Positions 10,285 through 21,838 of a stretch of 38,159 nt of DNA are shown here, piece after piece (within the stretch, counting starts at the first letter, position 1; each line of letters opens with the position of its first letter). Origin of the DNA: Octopus bimaculoides (taxonomy: Eukaryota); the NCBI RefSeq assembly GCF_001194135.2, contig NC_068986.1, positions 25,144,654 through 25,182,812 of the forward strand. The letters are read 5' to 3'. The notes under the pieces were generated by a model. It did no database searches. It was not told the DNA's origin and saw only the letters and a list, made by a program, of their open reading frames with translations. A program made the translations under genes and the position numbers.

Positions 10285-10287
<3 letters not shown>
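10018..10287 (+). mobile_element. RTE 3' tail copy
   Basis: Two repeat units, the conserved tail and (GAT)n, then (TA)n and (TATG)n. Confidence 0.9.
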
Positions 10288-10337
<50 letters not shown>

Positions 10338-10966
10338 TGTATGTATATACATATATATATATATTCTTTTACATGAGGAGNNNNNNNNNNNNNNNNNNNN
10401 NNNNNNNNNNNNNNNNNNNNNNNNNNNNNNNNNNNNNNNNNNNNNNNNNNNNNNNNNNNNNNNNNNNNNNNNNNNNNNNNNNNNNNNNNNNNNNNNNNNN
10501 NNNNNNNNNNNNNNNNNNNNNNNNNNNNNNNNNNNNNNNNNNNNNNNNNNNNNNNNNNNNNNNNNNNNNNNNNNNNNNNNNNNNNNNNNNNNNNNNNNNN
10601 NNNNNNNNNNNNNNNNNNNNNNNNNNNNNNNNNNNNNNNNNNNNNNNNNNNNNNNNNNNNNNNNNNNNNNNNNNNNNNNNNNNNNNNNNNNNNNNNNNNN
10701 NNNNNNNNNNNNNNNNNNNNNNNNNNNNNNNNNNNNNNNNNNNNNNNNNNNNNNNNNNNNNNNNNNNNNNNNNNNNNNNNNNNNNNNNNNNNNNNNNNNN
10801 NNNNNNNNNNNNNNNNNNNNNNNNNNNNNNNNNNNNNNNNNNNNNNNNNNNNNNNNNNNNNNNNNNNNNNNNNNNNNNNNNNNNNNNNNNNNNNNNNNNN
10901 NNNNNNNNNNNNNNNNNNNNNNNNNNNNNNNNNNNNNNNNNNNNNTATATATATATATATATATAT

Positions 10967-11115
10967 ATGGGGCAAGTGAGATCAAAACTGAACCAAATTT
11001 GATGACTGGCACCCGTGCCAGTGGAGCGCTAACAGCACCATCCTTCTGAGCGGGATCACTGCCAGAGCAGTGGTCTCGGTCCTGTGCCAGTGGCACATAA
11101 AAAGCACCATTTGAA
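10967..11115 (+). mobile_element. RTE 3' UTR internal fragment
   Basis: GGGGCAAGTGAGATC...GTGCCAGTGG...GTGGCACATAAAAAGCACCAT, similar to 33960-34110. Confidence 0.6.
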
Positions 11116-11872
11116 TGCAATCGTTTCCAGCTTCGAGGAGCAGGAGGAAAGCATTCTATCTTAGTTTCATTTAATACCCAATTAAATACAGCATTAATTA
11201 TTTTTGCAATATATTTCCCCAGTAAAAAGAACAAAAAAAAAAAAACCCTGACTGATCCAAATCAATTTTGTATGAAATTTCAAAGTTCTTTAGCAACTTT
11301 ATTGACCAGACTATGAAACAACAATTCATTATTGATCGCCTTCATAAATCTTGCTGGGTTTCAACAGAAATATCATGAGTAATAAGCTTAATAATAATTA
11401 ATACAAAATAAGCCTTGCAGCCCTCCGGCTAGTCATACTAAATTAACAAGACTTCTTTAGATTGTGATAAGCTGAACAGGATATATCTTTAAGCTATAAA
11501 TATTGATGGATCAGCTCTGGCTAATTAAAGATCTAAATAATTGAAGTTATTGATTTCTGATTTAATCAAGGCTGATACACACACACAAACATACATACAT
11601 ACATAAATACACACACACACATAATAATAATAAATATAGATATATATGCATACATGGATACAGGACATCACCGATTGTGCAAACAATATGAAATACATAA
11701 ACAAACGAGTTAAATGCGTAAAGAACAAGAAAAATATGGAAAACAGGATATGTAAACACAGAGAAAGGACCCTTCATCAGTTGTCGGCAGAGAAAGGACT
11801 CTTGATCAGTTGTCAACTGTCTACTCTTCATATACTTACACGAACACGCACACACATATATACATATATATA

Positions 11873-12101
11873 TATAACAGAGACCACTAAGTGGACTGCT
11901 AATGTGCTAGAAGAAGACCATTTAAAAGTTCTCAAAGAAAACATACGGGCGAGATTAGTGAAAATTATAGAAATAAATATTTATTCCTATAATTTTCACT
12001 TGTCTCGCCTGTATGTTTTTGCTTCACTAAATTTTTCTTTGAGAACTTTTAAGTGATCTTCTTCTAGCACATTAGCAGTCCGTTTAGTGGTCTCTTTTAT
12101 A
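11873..12101. mobile_element. Fold-back MITE, an almost fully palindromic element of about 220 bp
   Basis: Outer arms AGAGACCACTAAGTGGACTGCTAATGTGCTAGAAGAAGA...GTTCTCAAAGAAAA and TTTTCTTTGAGAAC...TCTTCTTCTAGCACATTAGCAGTCCGTTTAGTGGTCTCT. Inner arms CATACGGGCGAGATTAGTGAAAATTATAG and CTATAATTTTCACTTGTCTCGCCTGTATG. Lies in TA-rich flanks. Confidence 0.8.
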
Positions 12102-12231
12102 TATACATATACAATAATCCTTTTGAGATCTCAGAAAATTTTTTTCTGAATCTTCTGATTCTTTTAATGTGCTGGTTTCCTGGTATTAAATTGATATTAA
12201 TTAATATCAATTTTTTTACCCTATTATTTTA

Positions 12232-12292
<61 letters not shown>

Positions 12293-12294
12293 TG

Positions 12295-12600
12295 ATCATC
12301 CTCATCATTTAATGTCCGTTGTCCATGCTGGCATGGGTTAAACGGTTTGACTAGGACTAGCAAGTTGGAAGGCTGCACCAGACTCCAGTCTGATCTGGCA
12401 TGGTTTTCTACAGCTGGATGCCTTTCCGAGTGCCAACCACTCCGAGAGTATAATGGGTGTTTTTACATGCCACTGGCATGGGTGCCATTTGCATAACACT
12501 GGTATCTACCATGACTGCGATTTTGCTTGGCTTGATGGATCTTCTTATCAAGCACAACATAATGCCAAAGGACTCATTGCCTCCATGAGGCCCAATGCTC
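12295..12600 (-). mobile_element. RTE 3' tail copy, variant subfamily
   Basis: Conserved tail plus CACTGGTATCTACCATGACTGCGATTTTGCTTGGCTTGATGG, also seen at about 17830-17880 and 32470-32500. Confidence 0.8.
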
Positions 12601-12899
12601 GATATATGTGTATGTATCACGGATTCTCCATGATATTGTGTATGGAATCCTGTTGTCTATTAGCTGCCATACATGGCTGGCTAATAACATGATGAATCTC
12701 CTTTCCACTATCCTGAAGTAGGATCTGCGGTCGGAGAGGCGGTGTGTTTATATGTATATGTGTGTATATACAATAACAGTAGTAGTAGTAGTAGTGGTCG
12801 TCGTCGTGGTGGTGGTACATTCTCAAGCTCACTTCTCAGCTGCTTATTCTGCTGTGATGATGTTATTACTCAGAGGAATTGGTTTAAACATTTCTGTAT

Positions 12900-13085
12900 A
12901 TCACCATCATCATTTAACGTCTGCTTTCCATGCTAGCATGGGTTGGACGATTTGACTGAGGACTGGTGAAACCAGATAGCTACACCAGGCTCCAATCTGA
13001 TTTGGCAGAGTTTCTACACTTGGATGCCCTTCCTAACGCCAACCACTCCGAGAGTGTAGTGGGTGCTTAGGCCAGTCAGGCAGTA
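12900..13085 (-). mobile_element. RTE 3' tail copy
   Basis: CATCATTTAACGTCTGCTTTCCATGCTAGCATGGG...GCCAACCACTCCGAGAGTGTAGTGGGTGC. Confidence 0.9.
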
Positions 13086-13596
13086 CATTAAATTCTGACT
13101 TGCAATTAGCTGAGAGTCTTTTGCCATATGGTTCTGCTTTTGGGGATCAGTTTTGTCTTTTGTCAGAGCTAATCAGTGTGATATGCAACTATTCCCATTA
13201 AGAGCTTACTGGTACATGTTGATAAGATATGGTTGACAAAAGACTAGCTCGCTAATGTCCAGCAATCAAGTCCCTTCCTGGTGTTTTACTATCCTGAAGG
13301 TTTTAATTCTCACAAGCTTCAGAAATATTTCCATGGTTGCTAAAAGCATGATAAATAATTTCTGAATTTGCGTGTGCATGCATGCACATATGTGTGTGTG
13401 AAAGGTGGGGGGAGGCAGATATATAGAGAGCATGTGAAAGAAAAATAAACAAAATGAGAGAAATTTGAGGTAAAAATTAGGCAACAGAAGTTTATCTAAA
13501 GAGTAATGTCAGCTGGTAATTAGGTCAAACGTTAAGATCACTATTACAGTACTACTCCTTATTTATCTCGGAAATAGGAAAGATTTCTAAAATGAA

Positions 13597-13870
13597 TTTT
13601 AACCCTTTTAATACCAACCCACCTCTGTTTTATAATACAAGCTTTCCTTTTAGAGTGATCTACATTAAACCCCTCCCCAAAATGCTATTTTATTCTATGT
13701 CCCAAACAATACCTCAACCCTTTGCCAGACCAAAATATTTTCATGTTTGTCCTAAACAGCCATGTTTGTTTTCAGAGTTTTAAGTTAGCCCTCAGAGTAA
13801 TATAAAGCTTTCCTTTCATAAGTCCTAAGTTACTCCCATGGTTGACAAAAATTGGGAATGTGCATTATAT
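13597..13870. mobile_element. Possible piggyBac-type MITE remnant
   Basis: Begins TTAACCCTTT, a TTAA+CCCT terminus. A matching AAAGGGTTAA end type occurs at 28515-28524. The right end is uncertain. Confidence 0.3.
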
Positions 13871-13984
13871 ATGATGCATGGATCTGAGGAAACTATGTTC
13901 TGTATGTTATGTTATACACAGGTCAGGCAAAGAGTTCACAATGATAGTTATTTTACAAAATTCTTCATTATTTTTAAAATTAAT

Positions 13985-14160
13985 TGAAACAACAAATGCA
14001 GATAAAGTTGTGTGGTTAAGAAATTACCTTCTAACCACATGGTTTCAGGCTCAGTTCCACTTCATGGCAACTTGGACAAACGTCTTCTATTATAGCCCTA
14101 AGCTGACCAGAGCCTTGTGAGTGGAATTGGCAGCTCAAAACTGAAAGAAGCCTGTTGTAT
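13985..14160 (+). mobile_element. SINE family B 5' half
   Basis: GTTGTGTGGTTAAGAAATT...CTTGGACAAACGTCTTCTATTATAGCC...GCCTTGTGAGTGGAATTGG...AACTGAAAGAAGCC. Confidence 0.8.
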
Positions 14161-14234
14161 ATACTAGAATTAATCAAAATATTTTTTGTATTTTAAGCTT
14201 TAGTTAATAGTTCAAACAAATTACATATGAAAAG

Positions 14235-14760
14235 AGTTTGTTCATCAAAATATATTCTATCATATTCTATTGTTTGTTGCCATTATTGTGTCAGAATCTC
14301 AATTCCATGCGTATCCCATTTGGCTGGTTTAAAGGAAAAAAACTCATTGCACCCATTTTCAACTTCATCCACATTGTTGAACCTCTGTCCATGCAGGAAA
14401 TGAACCATGACTCAGAAAAGGTAGTAATCTGATGTACATGGTTTATACTGTAGGCAAGGTGCAGCAGCACTTTCAACCCCTTCAAGTTTGCACTTGGTCA
14501 CATTGGCAATGTGTGCTGGACCATTGTCATGCTATAGGGGTACACATGTTCAATTGACCAATGCCAGGTAGCAAGCTTTCAAAGCATCATATACTCACTG
14601 CAGTTGTTGGGTATAAAGGTTAGCGTTCACAGTATGACCATCTGGGATATTCTCAAAGTACAATACCCCACTCAAATCTCCACCAAACACACAACATTAC
14701 CTTCTATTCAAACTGCTCTTGTTTGACAAAACCACTGATTTATTGAATTAGGGTTACAAA
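14235..14760 (-). mobile_element. Decayed mariner (DD34D-type) transposase, C-terminal half
   Basis: Minus-strand frames give KVMLCVWW..., GHTVNANLYTQQL, HDNGPAHIANVT, LHLAYS...SDYYLF, RFNNVDEV and GIEILTQ*WQQTIEYDRIYFDE. Stops and frameshifts are present. Confidence 0.8.
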
Positions 14761-15375
14761 AGTAGTTTGAACACTGAACACTCATACATCGTTTTTGATG
14801 GGTGAATCTATCATGTTAAGTAATGAATCTGTAATAGGGAGAGTATAAGTTACGGTTATATCACATGTTCTGATGACCTCTACTCAACTACCCCGTCTAG
14901 ACTTCTCCCTCTATATCAACGTATTGGGCTAGCCTACTTCATCGCCTGGGGGCGTCGACACAACAGTTACAGAGTAATGTTTAATTTATTTATTATCACA
15001 ACAGTCTGTCTTTCCTTCAGCTATATTTCCATACTTTATAAATTATCTTCAGTAGTATTTTGTAATCTAATGTATATATTCTGATAACAAAGGTTAATAA
15101 TTAAGAATAAGATTACACAGGGAACATAAAAGATGTTTTTTTCTTTAAAACCTGTGAAAGTTCAATGGGAAAATAATTTATAGCAAGCAGAACAGTATTT
15201 TTTTTTGTATTTTAATTTTATATTTGTTTTTGTTGTGACAAAGAACTACTAAGACACAGTAATGTTTCAAAACAAATTATAGTTTTTAAAAAGTCATATA
15301 AGGGTTTCTTTAAGCTAGTAACAGCTCCATTTCTTCAGATAGGAGCTTAATAATCAACTGACTTGGTCCATTCTT

Positions 15376-15606
15376 ATTTCTTTATTGCCCACAAGGGGCT
15401 AAACATAGAGGGGACAAACAAGGACAGACAAAGAGATTAAGTCGATTACATCGACCCCAGTGCGTAACTGATACTTAATTTATCGACCCCGAAAGGATGA
15501 AAGGCAAAGTCGACCTCGGTGGAATTTGAACTCAGAACGAAACAGCAGACGAAATACCGTTAAGCATTTTGCCCGGCGTGCTTACGTTTCTGCCAGCTCA
15601 CCGCCA
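15376..15606 (-). mobile_element. SINE family A, full length
   Basis: Reverse complement of the GGCGGTGAGCTGGCAGAAACGT head through the GGGCAATAAAGAAAT tail. Confidence 0.9.
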
Positions 15607-15769
15607 TTTGGTCCATTCTGCTAGACAGACAATGCTTCGCATCATACTCTTGTTCCTTCTGTCTTTCCTCCTATTCTGCTCCTTCTGGTATCGTTGTTCT
15701 TTCTCACTGGCATCAAATGATGATGATGATGATGATGATCTCCTCAGCCACATGAATAAATGTACCTGC

Positions 15770-16160
15770 CAAGCATGGCTGTGTGGTAAGAAGTTTGCTT
15801 CCCAACTACATGGTTCTGAGTTCAGTGCCACTGTGCAGCACTTTGTTGGGCAAGTGTCTTCTACTAAAGCCTTGTGAGTAGATTTGGTTGATGGAAACTG
15901 AAAGAAGCCCATTGTGTGTGCGTGTGCACGTGCGCATGCACAAGTGTGTCTTTGTGTCTGTGTTGGTCCCCTGTCACCAGCTGACAAAAGGTGTTGATGT
16001 ATTTACAGCCTTGTAACTTAGCAGTTTCGCATGAGACCAATAGAATAAGCACCAGGCTTTAAAGAAAAATAAATTCTGGGTTCATTTCATTCAATTAAAT
16101 CCTTGAAGGTTATGCCCCAGCATGGCCACAGTCTAATGGCTGAAACAAATGAAAGTAAAG
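15770..16160 (+). mobile_element. SINE family B, near full length
   Basis: GGCTGTGTGGTAAGAAG head, GGGCAAGTGTCTTCTAC (CORE/MIR-like), internal (TG)n, and 3' CAGCATGGCCACAGTC...GCTGAAACAAATGAAAG. Confidence 0.85.
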
Positions 16161-16599
16161 GACATTCAGTACACTCTCCACTTACATTTACTCCCCTACC
16201 CTTATCTTTCTCTATTAACTATTTCTGGCTTTTCACTTGTCATAGATCCCTTTCCAAATTTACATTTAACCAATTAACTAATCATTTGATTATTCACTCA
16301 GTCAGATAAAGAGATTTGTCAAAGTCCTTACATTGCCACTTATAACCCCCATCAACAACATGCTCTGGGTCTGCTTCAGATCTATCTCTTGTACAAAGAC
16401 AAAAGAATCTTGGAAACCGAATACAAATACGAAATGCAAGAGTAATTCCAGAAGTTTTAAGACTCTCTCAGGAGAAGCAGTTATAATTGTCTTAGATTAT
16501 TGTAATTTTAGTATATCATTACTATACGTCTGATAAGCTGACATGCCAACTTTTGTCTTTCCAGATGGAAGGAGACAGCTGTAACAGCACTCTGAACAC

Positions 16600-16895
16600 A
16601 CCCTGTTAAATACTGCCTATCACAATTCCATCCAAGTAATCAACCATTTCACAGAGACGGGCAACAAAACAGTTCTTCACCTTCCCTATGGTCCAGACCT
16701 CTCTCCCTGTGACTTGTGGTCGTTCCCCAAGCTGAAGGGAAACCTCGGGTGTAGTCGTTTTGAAGACATTGAAATGATGAAGAAGTAACAAGATCTCTGG
16801 ACACCTTCACTTTGAAGGACCTCCAAAGGGCCTTCACGAAGTGGCTGGAATGCTACAACAAACGCATTGAGATCCGACGATCCTACTCTGAAAAA
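16600..16895 (+). mobile_element. Decayed mariner transposase C-terminus
   Basis: HNSIQVINHFTETGNKTVLHLPYGPDLSPCDLWSFPKLKGNLGCSRFEDIE...DLQRAFTKWLECYNKRIE matches the HPPYSPDLAPCDF-LFPKLK signature. Confidence 0.85.
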
Positions 16896-16906
16896 GTTTT
16901 GTACAT

Positions 16907-17290
16907 AGGCGCAGGAGTGGCTATGTGGTAAGTAGCTTGCTTACCAACCACATCGTTCCAGGTTCAGTCCCACTGCGTGGCATCTTGGGCAAGTGTCTTC
17001 TACTATAGCCTCGGGCCAACCAAAGCCTTGTGAGTGGATTTGGTAGACGGAAACTGAAAGAAGCCCATCGTATATATGTATATATATATATATATATGTG
17101 TGTTTGTCCCCCTAGCATTGCTTGACAACCGATGCTGATGTGTTTACGTCCCCGTAACTTAGCGGTTCGGCAAAAGACACCGATAGAATAAGTACTAGGC
17201 TTACAAAGAATAAGTCCCAGGGTCGATTTGCTCGACTAAAGGCGGTGCTCTAGCTTGGCCGCAGTCAATTGACTGAAACAAGTAAAAGAG
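16907..17290 (+). mobile_element. SINE family B, full length and young
   Basis: GGCGCAGGAGTGGCTATGTGGTAAG head with B box GGTTCAGTCCC, CTTGGGCAAGTG core, internal (TA)n, and an ACTGAAACAAGTAAAAGAG end. Confidence 0.9.
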
Positions 17291-17679
17291 TGTGTTTGAA
17301 TTTAATGTCTCTCCTGAAAAAGTGGCAAAAATTCTGGAATGCACGTTGGTCCAGTATGGTTGAATGGTTAAGGCGTCCGCTTCCCAACTATGAGGTCTAT
17401 GCTAATTATCTTTTATTCGGTTTACCCATAATTAGCGAAATTGATTAGATAGACACTATAATTAAAAGGGACCGCCATCTACATGTTCGTTTAATGAAGA
17501 GGTATTTCAGTTGACCGAACAAGTGGATCCTCGTCTTTGAACGATAGGAATAATATCGAGTATATCTTACATTTTTTTTTTTTACAAGAGTTAAAGGGAC
17601 TTAACTACGATAATTGTGCGAGTTATCCCCCCTGTTTACCATACAAATTCCTACAGGAATTTCATTATTATTTATGTCC

Positions 17680-17925
17680 GTTGTCCGTTGGCAGGTATTG
17701 GATGGGTTGATAAGCCGAGGGCTGCACCCGACTCCAGTCTGATCTGGCATAGTGTCAAAGGCTGGATGCCCTTCCTAATGCCAACCACTCCGAGAGTTTA
17801 ATAGGTGCTATTACGTGCCAGTTGCATGACACCAGTATCCACCATGACTATGATTTCACTTGGCTTGATGGGTCTTCTCAAGCACGGCATAATGCCAAAG
17901 GTCGTGGTCATTTGTCGTTGCCTCT
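17680..17925 (-). mobile_element. RTE 3' tail copy, variant subfamily
   Basis: Similar to 12295-12600 throughout. Confidence 0.8.
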
Positions 17926-17974
17926 GGTGTTATGTCCGCTTATATACATGCAAGGACATGTGAAAAATATGGTA

Positions 17975-18115
17975 ACCACTACACTCTCAGAGTGGTTGGC
18001 ATTAGGAAGGGCATCCAGCTGTAGAAACTCTGCCAGATTAGATTGGAACCTGTCAAATCGTCCAACCCATGCCAGCATGGAAAATGGACGTTAATCGATG
18101 ATAATAATGATGATG
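17975..18115 (+). mobile_element. RTE 3' tail copy
   Basis: CACTACACTCTCAGAGTGGTTGGCATTAGGAAGGGCATCCAGCTGTAGAAAC...GGACGTTAATCGATGAT. Confidence 0.85.
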
Positions 18116-18204
18116 ATAATTTGTGTGAATTCCCAAATGTAGAACACAAATTTGCAAAAAACTTCACAAAATTCCAAAAAATAGAGCTATGAAGGGTTAT
18201 ATGG

Positions 18205-18392
18205 GATACTTGTTTCAGTCATTTGACTGCGGCCATGCTGGAGCACCGCCTTTTAGTCGAGCAAATCGACCCTAGGTCTTATTCTTTGTAAGCCTAGTAC
18301 TTATTCTATCAGTCTCTTTTGCCGAACCGCTAAGTTACGGGGACGTAAACACACCAGCATCGGTAGTCAAGCGATGTTGGAGGGACAAACAC
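18205..18392 (-). mobile_element. SINE family B 3' half
   Basis: Reverse complement of about 17100-17285. Confidence 0.85.
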
Positions 18393-18394
18393 AT

Positions 18395-18690
18395 ATATCA
18401 TCATCGTTTAACGTCCGCCTTCCATGCTAGCATGGGTTGGACGATTTAACTGAGGACTGGTGAAACCAGATGGCAACACCAGGCTCCAATCTAATTTGGC
18501 AGAGTTTCTACAGCTGGATGCCCTTCCTAATGCCAACCACTCAGAGAGTGTAGTGGGTGCTTTTACGTGTCACCCGCACGAAAACGGCCACGCTCGAAAT
18601 GGTGTCTTTTATGTGCCACCCGCACAAGAGCCAGTCCAGGGGCACTGGTAACGATCTCGCTCGGAAATCCTACAAAGGCCAGTCAGGCGG
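18395..18690 (-). mobile_element. RTE 3' tail copy
   Basis: Tail plus rearranged UTR units, nearly identical to 27045-27350. Confidence 0.9.
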
Positions 18691-18719
18691 TATATATATA
18701 TATTTGTCTGTACGTATTG

Positions 18720-19575
18720 TCGTCGTCGTTTAACGTCCGCTTTCCATGCTAGCATGGGTTGGACGATTTGACTGAGGACTGGTGAAACCAGATGGCTACA
18801 CCAGGCTCCAATCTGATTTGACAGTGTTTCTACAGCTGGATGTCCTCCCTAAAGCCANNNNNNNNNNNNNNNNNNNNNNNNNNNNNNNNNNNNNNNNNNN
18901 NNNNNNNNNNNNNNNNNNNNNNNNNNNNNNNNNNNNNNNNNNNNNNNNNNNNNNNNNNNNNNNNNNNNNNNNNNNNNNNNNNNNNNNNNNNNNNNNNNNN
19001 NNNNNNNNNNNNNNNNNNNNNNNNNNNNNNNNNNNNNNNNNNNNNNNNNNNNNNNNNNNNNNNNNNNNNNNNNNNNNNNNNNNNNNNNNNNNNNNNNNNN
19101 NNNNNNNNNNNNNNNNNNNNNNNNNNNNNNNNNNNNNNNNNNNNNNNNNNNNNNNNNNNNNNNNNNNNNNNNNNNNNNNNNNNNNNNNNNNNNNNNNNNN
19201 NNNNNNNNNNNNNNNNNNNNNNNNNNNNNNNNNNNNNNNNTCATGTGTCACCCGCACAAGAGCCGGCCCAGGGGCACCGGCAACGATCTCGCTTGAAAGA
19301 TTTCATGTATCGCCCACACACGAGCCAGTCCAGGGGCACTGGCAACGATCCCGCTCAAAACATTTCATGTGTCACCCGCACAAGAGCCAGTCCAGGGTCA
19401 CTGGCAACGATCTCGCTTGAAGAATTTCGTGTTTTGCCCGCACATGAGCCAGTCCAGGGGCACCGGCAACGATCCTGCTCAAAAAACCTCATGTGTCACC
19501 CGCACAAGAGCCGGCCCAGGGGCGTCGCCCGCACATGAGCCAGGCCAGGGGCACTGGCAACGAACCCGCTCAAAC
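18720..19575 (-). mobile_element. RTE 3' tail with an expanded array of about 58-bp UTR units
   Basis: Tail at 18720-18857, gap, then at least five tandem units of CATGTGTCACCCGCACAAGAGCCAGTCCAGGGGCACTGGCAACGATCTCGC. Confidence 0.85.
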
Positions 19576-19789
19576 ATTATAATCATGGATATACTATGAC
19601 TGGAAACAAAGATACAATGTGCATGGCTGAAGTATTTTTGGGCTCACAAAACTACTCTGTCAGGATTATGTGTCTTGCAAACAACTTGCACATGCAAGTG
19701 CTACCAGATTAAACAATAAAAATTGTGATCCTAGTTGATTCAATAAGAAACTAAGTGTAGTAGCTATAAAAATACAATCTAGAATAAAC

Positions 19790-19938
19790 AAAATGATCTC
19801 TTGTTCATATTATGGATGTTTATCTAAAACAAATAAAACTCTTCTTACTTGATAGTGGTTGTGGAAAAGCCACTATCAAGTAAGAAGAGTTTTATTTGTT
19901 TTAGATAAACATCCATAATATGAACAAGAGATCATTTT
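19790..19938. repeat. Perfect 69-bp inverted repeat with an 11-nt spacer
   Basis: 19790-19858 is the exact reverse complement of 19870-19938; the spacer is TTGTGGAAAAG. Confidence 0.95.
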
Positions 19939-19959
19939 ATATATATACATATACATGTA

Positions 19960-20118
19960 TACGACGGGCTTCTTTCAGTGTCCGTCTACCAAATCCACTC
20001 ACAAGGCTTTGGTCGCCCCGAGGCTATAGTAGAAGACACTTGCCCAAGGTGCCACGCAGTGGAACTGAACCCAGAACCATGTGGTTGGTAAGCAAGCTAC
20101 TTACCACACAGCCACTCC
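19960..20118 (-). mobile_element. SINE family B 5' half
   Basis: ACGACGGGCTTCTTTCAGTG...CACTTGCCCAAGGTGCC...CTTACCACACAGCCACTCCTG; truncated at the internal TA repeat. Confidence 0.9.
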
Positions 20119-21142
20119 TGATTAAACCAAAATTCCACCAAACACACATTTCTAGAGGCAAAGTTTAAACCATGTCTCTTTGAATGAAATAAAGTAATGC
20201 TTTAAGAAACCAAAGGTTCTATCAATATAATACAAGCATAGCATATCAAAACCAAATTTTTCATATGGAAAGTAAAACAGAACAAGTGAAATTTTCAAAA
20301 TTTTATTTTTGAATTTGTGAAGAGAGAAAAGTATTAACAGACAAAATATAATTACTAAGTAACTACACTTTTATAAGATAATAAATTGTCATAAAACTAA
20401 ATGTAAACATTTTAAATATGAATGTATGTGTAAAAGTAAATATCCATAAATGTATACATATTACATTTCTATATGTAAGACTTAATTGGGTTTAGATTCA
20501 ACTTGTTTACAGTTAATGCGTTTGACTTGATTAGGTATCAGCTTGACCTGGGTACAGATAATATTATATCTCTCTCTCTCTCTCTCTCTTTACACACACA
20601 CATCCACATATTGTAAATTTCATTTTCACTGGGGCCTTTAAGTTTCACCAAATGGCTTATTATTCAACCTGTCCCAGTCAAAATTAATTTTATAACCTTT
20701 GACTCAAATTTCTATATTGACTCTTACAATCAGCAAATGCTTTATTATCCCAAAGCTTGCTTTAAAATAATGACCTTAAGTTAACACTTATACAGCATAC
20801 ACATACACACACACACACATTTGTAATAGACTCTAATATTGATTTTTGACATTTCAGTCATTCAATCAATAGAAATATGTACTCAGTGAATTAAAATATA
20901 AATCTGATGAAAATTCAACAGACATATGCAGACATTTAACATATGTTCTTATGTTCTTCAATCAGAATTAATGTGAGATTGAGAGAGACATGACTCAGAC
21001 CTCATATCACAAGTATGGTCTATTCATTGGAGTTCCACACAATTTCCATCTACTCAATTCATCATATATATATACATATATATGAGTGTGTGCATGTATG
21101 TATGTATGTATATGTGTATATATATATTTCAACCTTTTACAC

Positions 21143-21173
<31 letters not shown>

Positions 21174-21813
21174 TATGCAATAACTGTCTTAACAAGTCTA
21201 CAGAGTTAAGGCAGCAGTTTTGATATGTATAATCTTTTTCATCTTTAATGTGATAGGACGGAACGTTATTTATTATTTAGTAATTTTCTTTCACTGTAAA
21301 AATACTGATATTTTGCGAAAATGCATGAGAAGGTGCTTCTGTATTCATTAAGTTAATCCATGAGATAAAGGTGGAAATAATACTGCAATGAAATTTGATA
21401 ATCTGGTAAGAGATCAAAAATGAGTAAGCTTAATAATCAACAGTTCCTAAATAATTCAAATATCTCAGTGTGATAAATAAAGGTCTGATCTAATAAAACC
21501 TCTCAATAGATTGCAAATACTATTTACATCTGCGTGAGTACGAATGAATTGTTTGATCGGCAAACAGCTCCCCACAATTCATCTAATATATCTATCTCAA
21601 TGACAGACAGAAGCTATCAAGGAAAATTAGAAAAGAAAAAGAGAAAAGCATTTGTGCCATAGCATAAATTAATATATATAAAAAAAAAAAGATTGAGGAT
21701 TTTTGCTTTTAAATTTTAAATGTGGAATGATTGTGTGCAACTGGACGGACTTAACAGATAGACGGTTACCATTTGCATTGTTGTTATGCATCCTCAGTTT
21801 CTCTATATTATCT

Positions 21814-21838
21814 CTATGCATCCTCAGTTTCTTCATAT
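21814..21838 (-). CDS. LZTFL1: LZTFL1 last coding exon: (K)YEETEDA*
   Basis: Acceptor TTTTCTTTTCTTTTTTCCTAG; A TAT GAA GAA ACT GAG GAT GCA TAG completes the phase-2 AA from the previous exon. Human LZTFL1 ends YEPED. Confidence 0.85.

Noticed and set aside
11646-12056. 136-aa ORF
   Set aside because: Runs across a repeat, a microsatellite and the MITE, with no recognisable protein features.
16331-16390. Possible minus-strand exon DRSEADPEHVVDGGYKWQ with a GTAAGG donor
   Set aside because: No homology recognised, no partner exons, and a weak acceptor.
18460-18651. Recurrent MKPDG...LQSDLAEFLQLDALPNANHSES ORFs (also 5645, 9973, 27113, 33877)
   Set aside because: Antisense reading of the non-coding RTE 3' tail; they recur because of repeat copy number, not because they form a gene family.
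19241-19575. CRISPR-like appearance of regularly spaced palindromic units
   Set aside because: The units are contiguous tandem repeats without unique spacers, lie in an RTE 3' UTR in a eukaryotic genome, and have no cas genes nearby.
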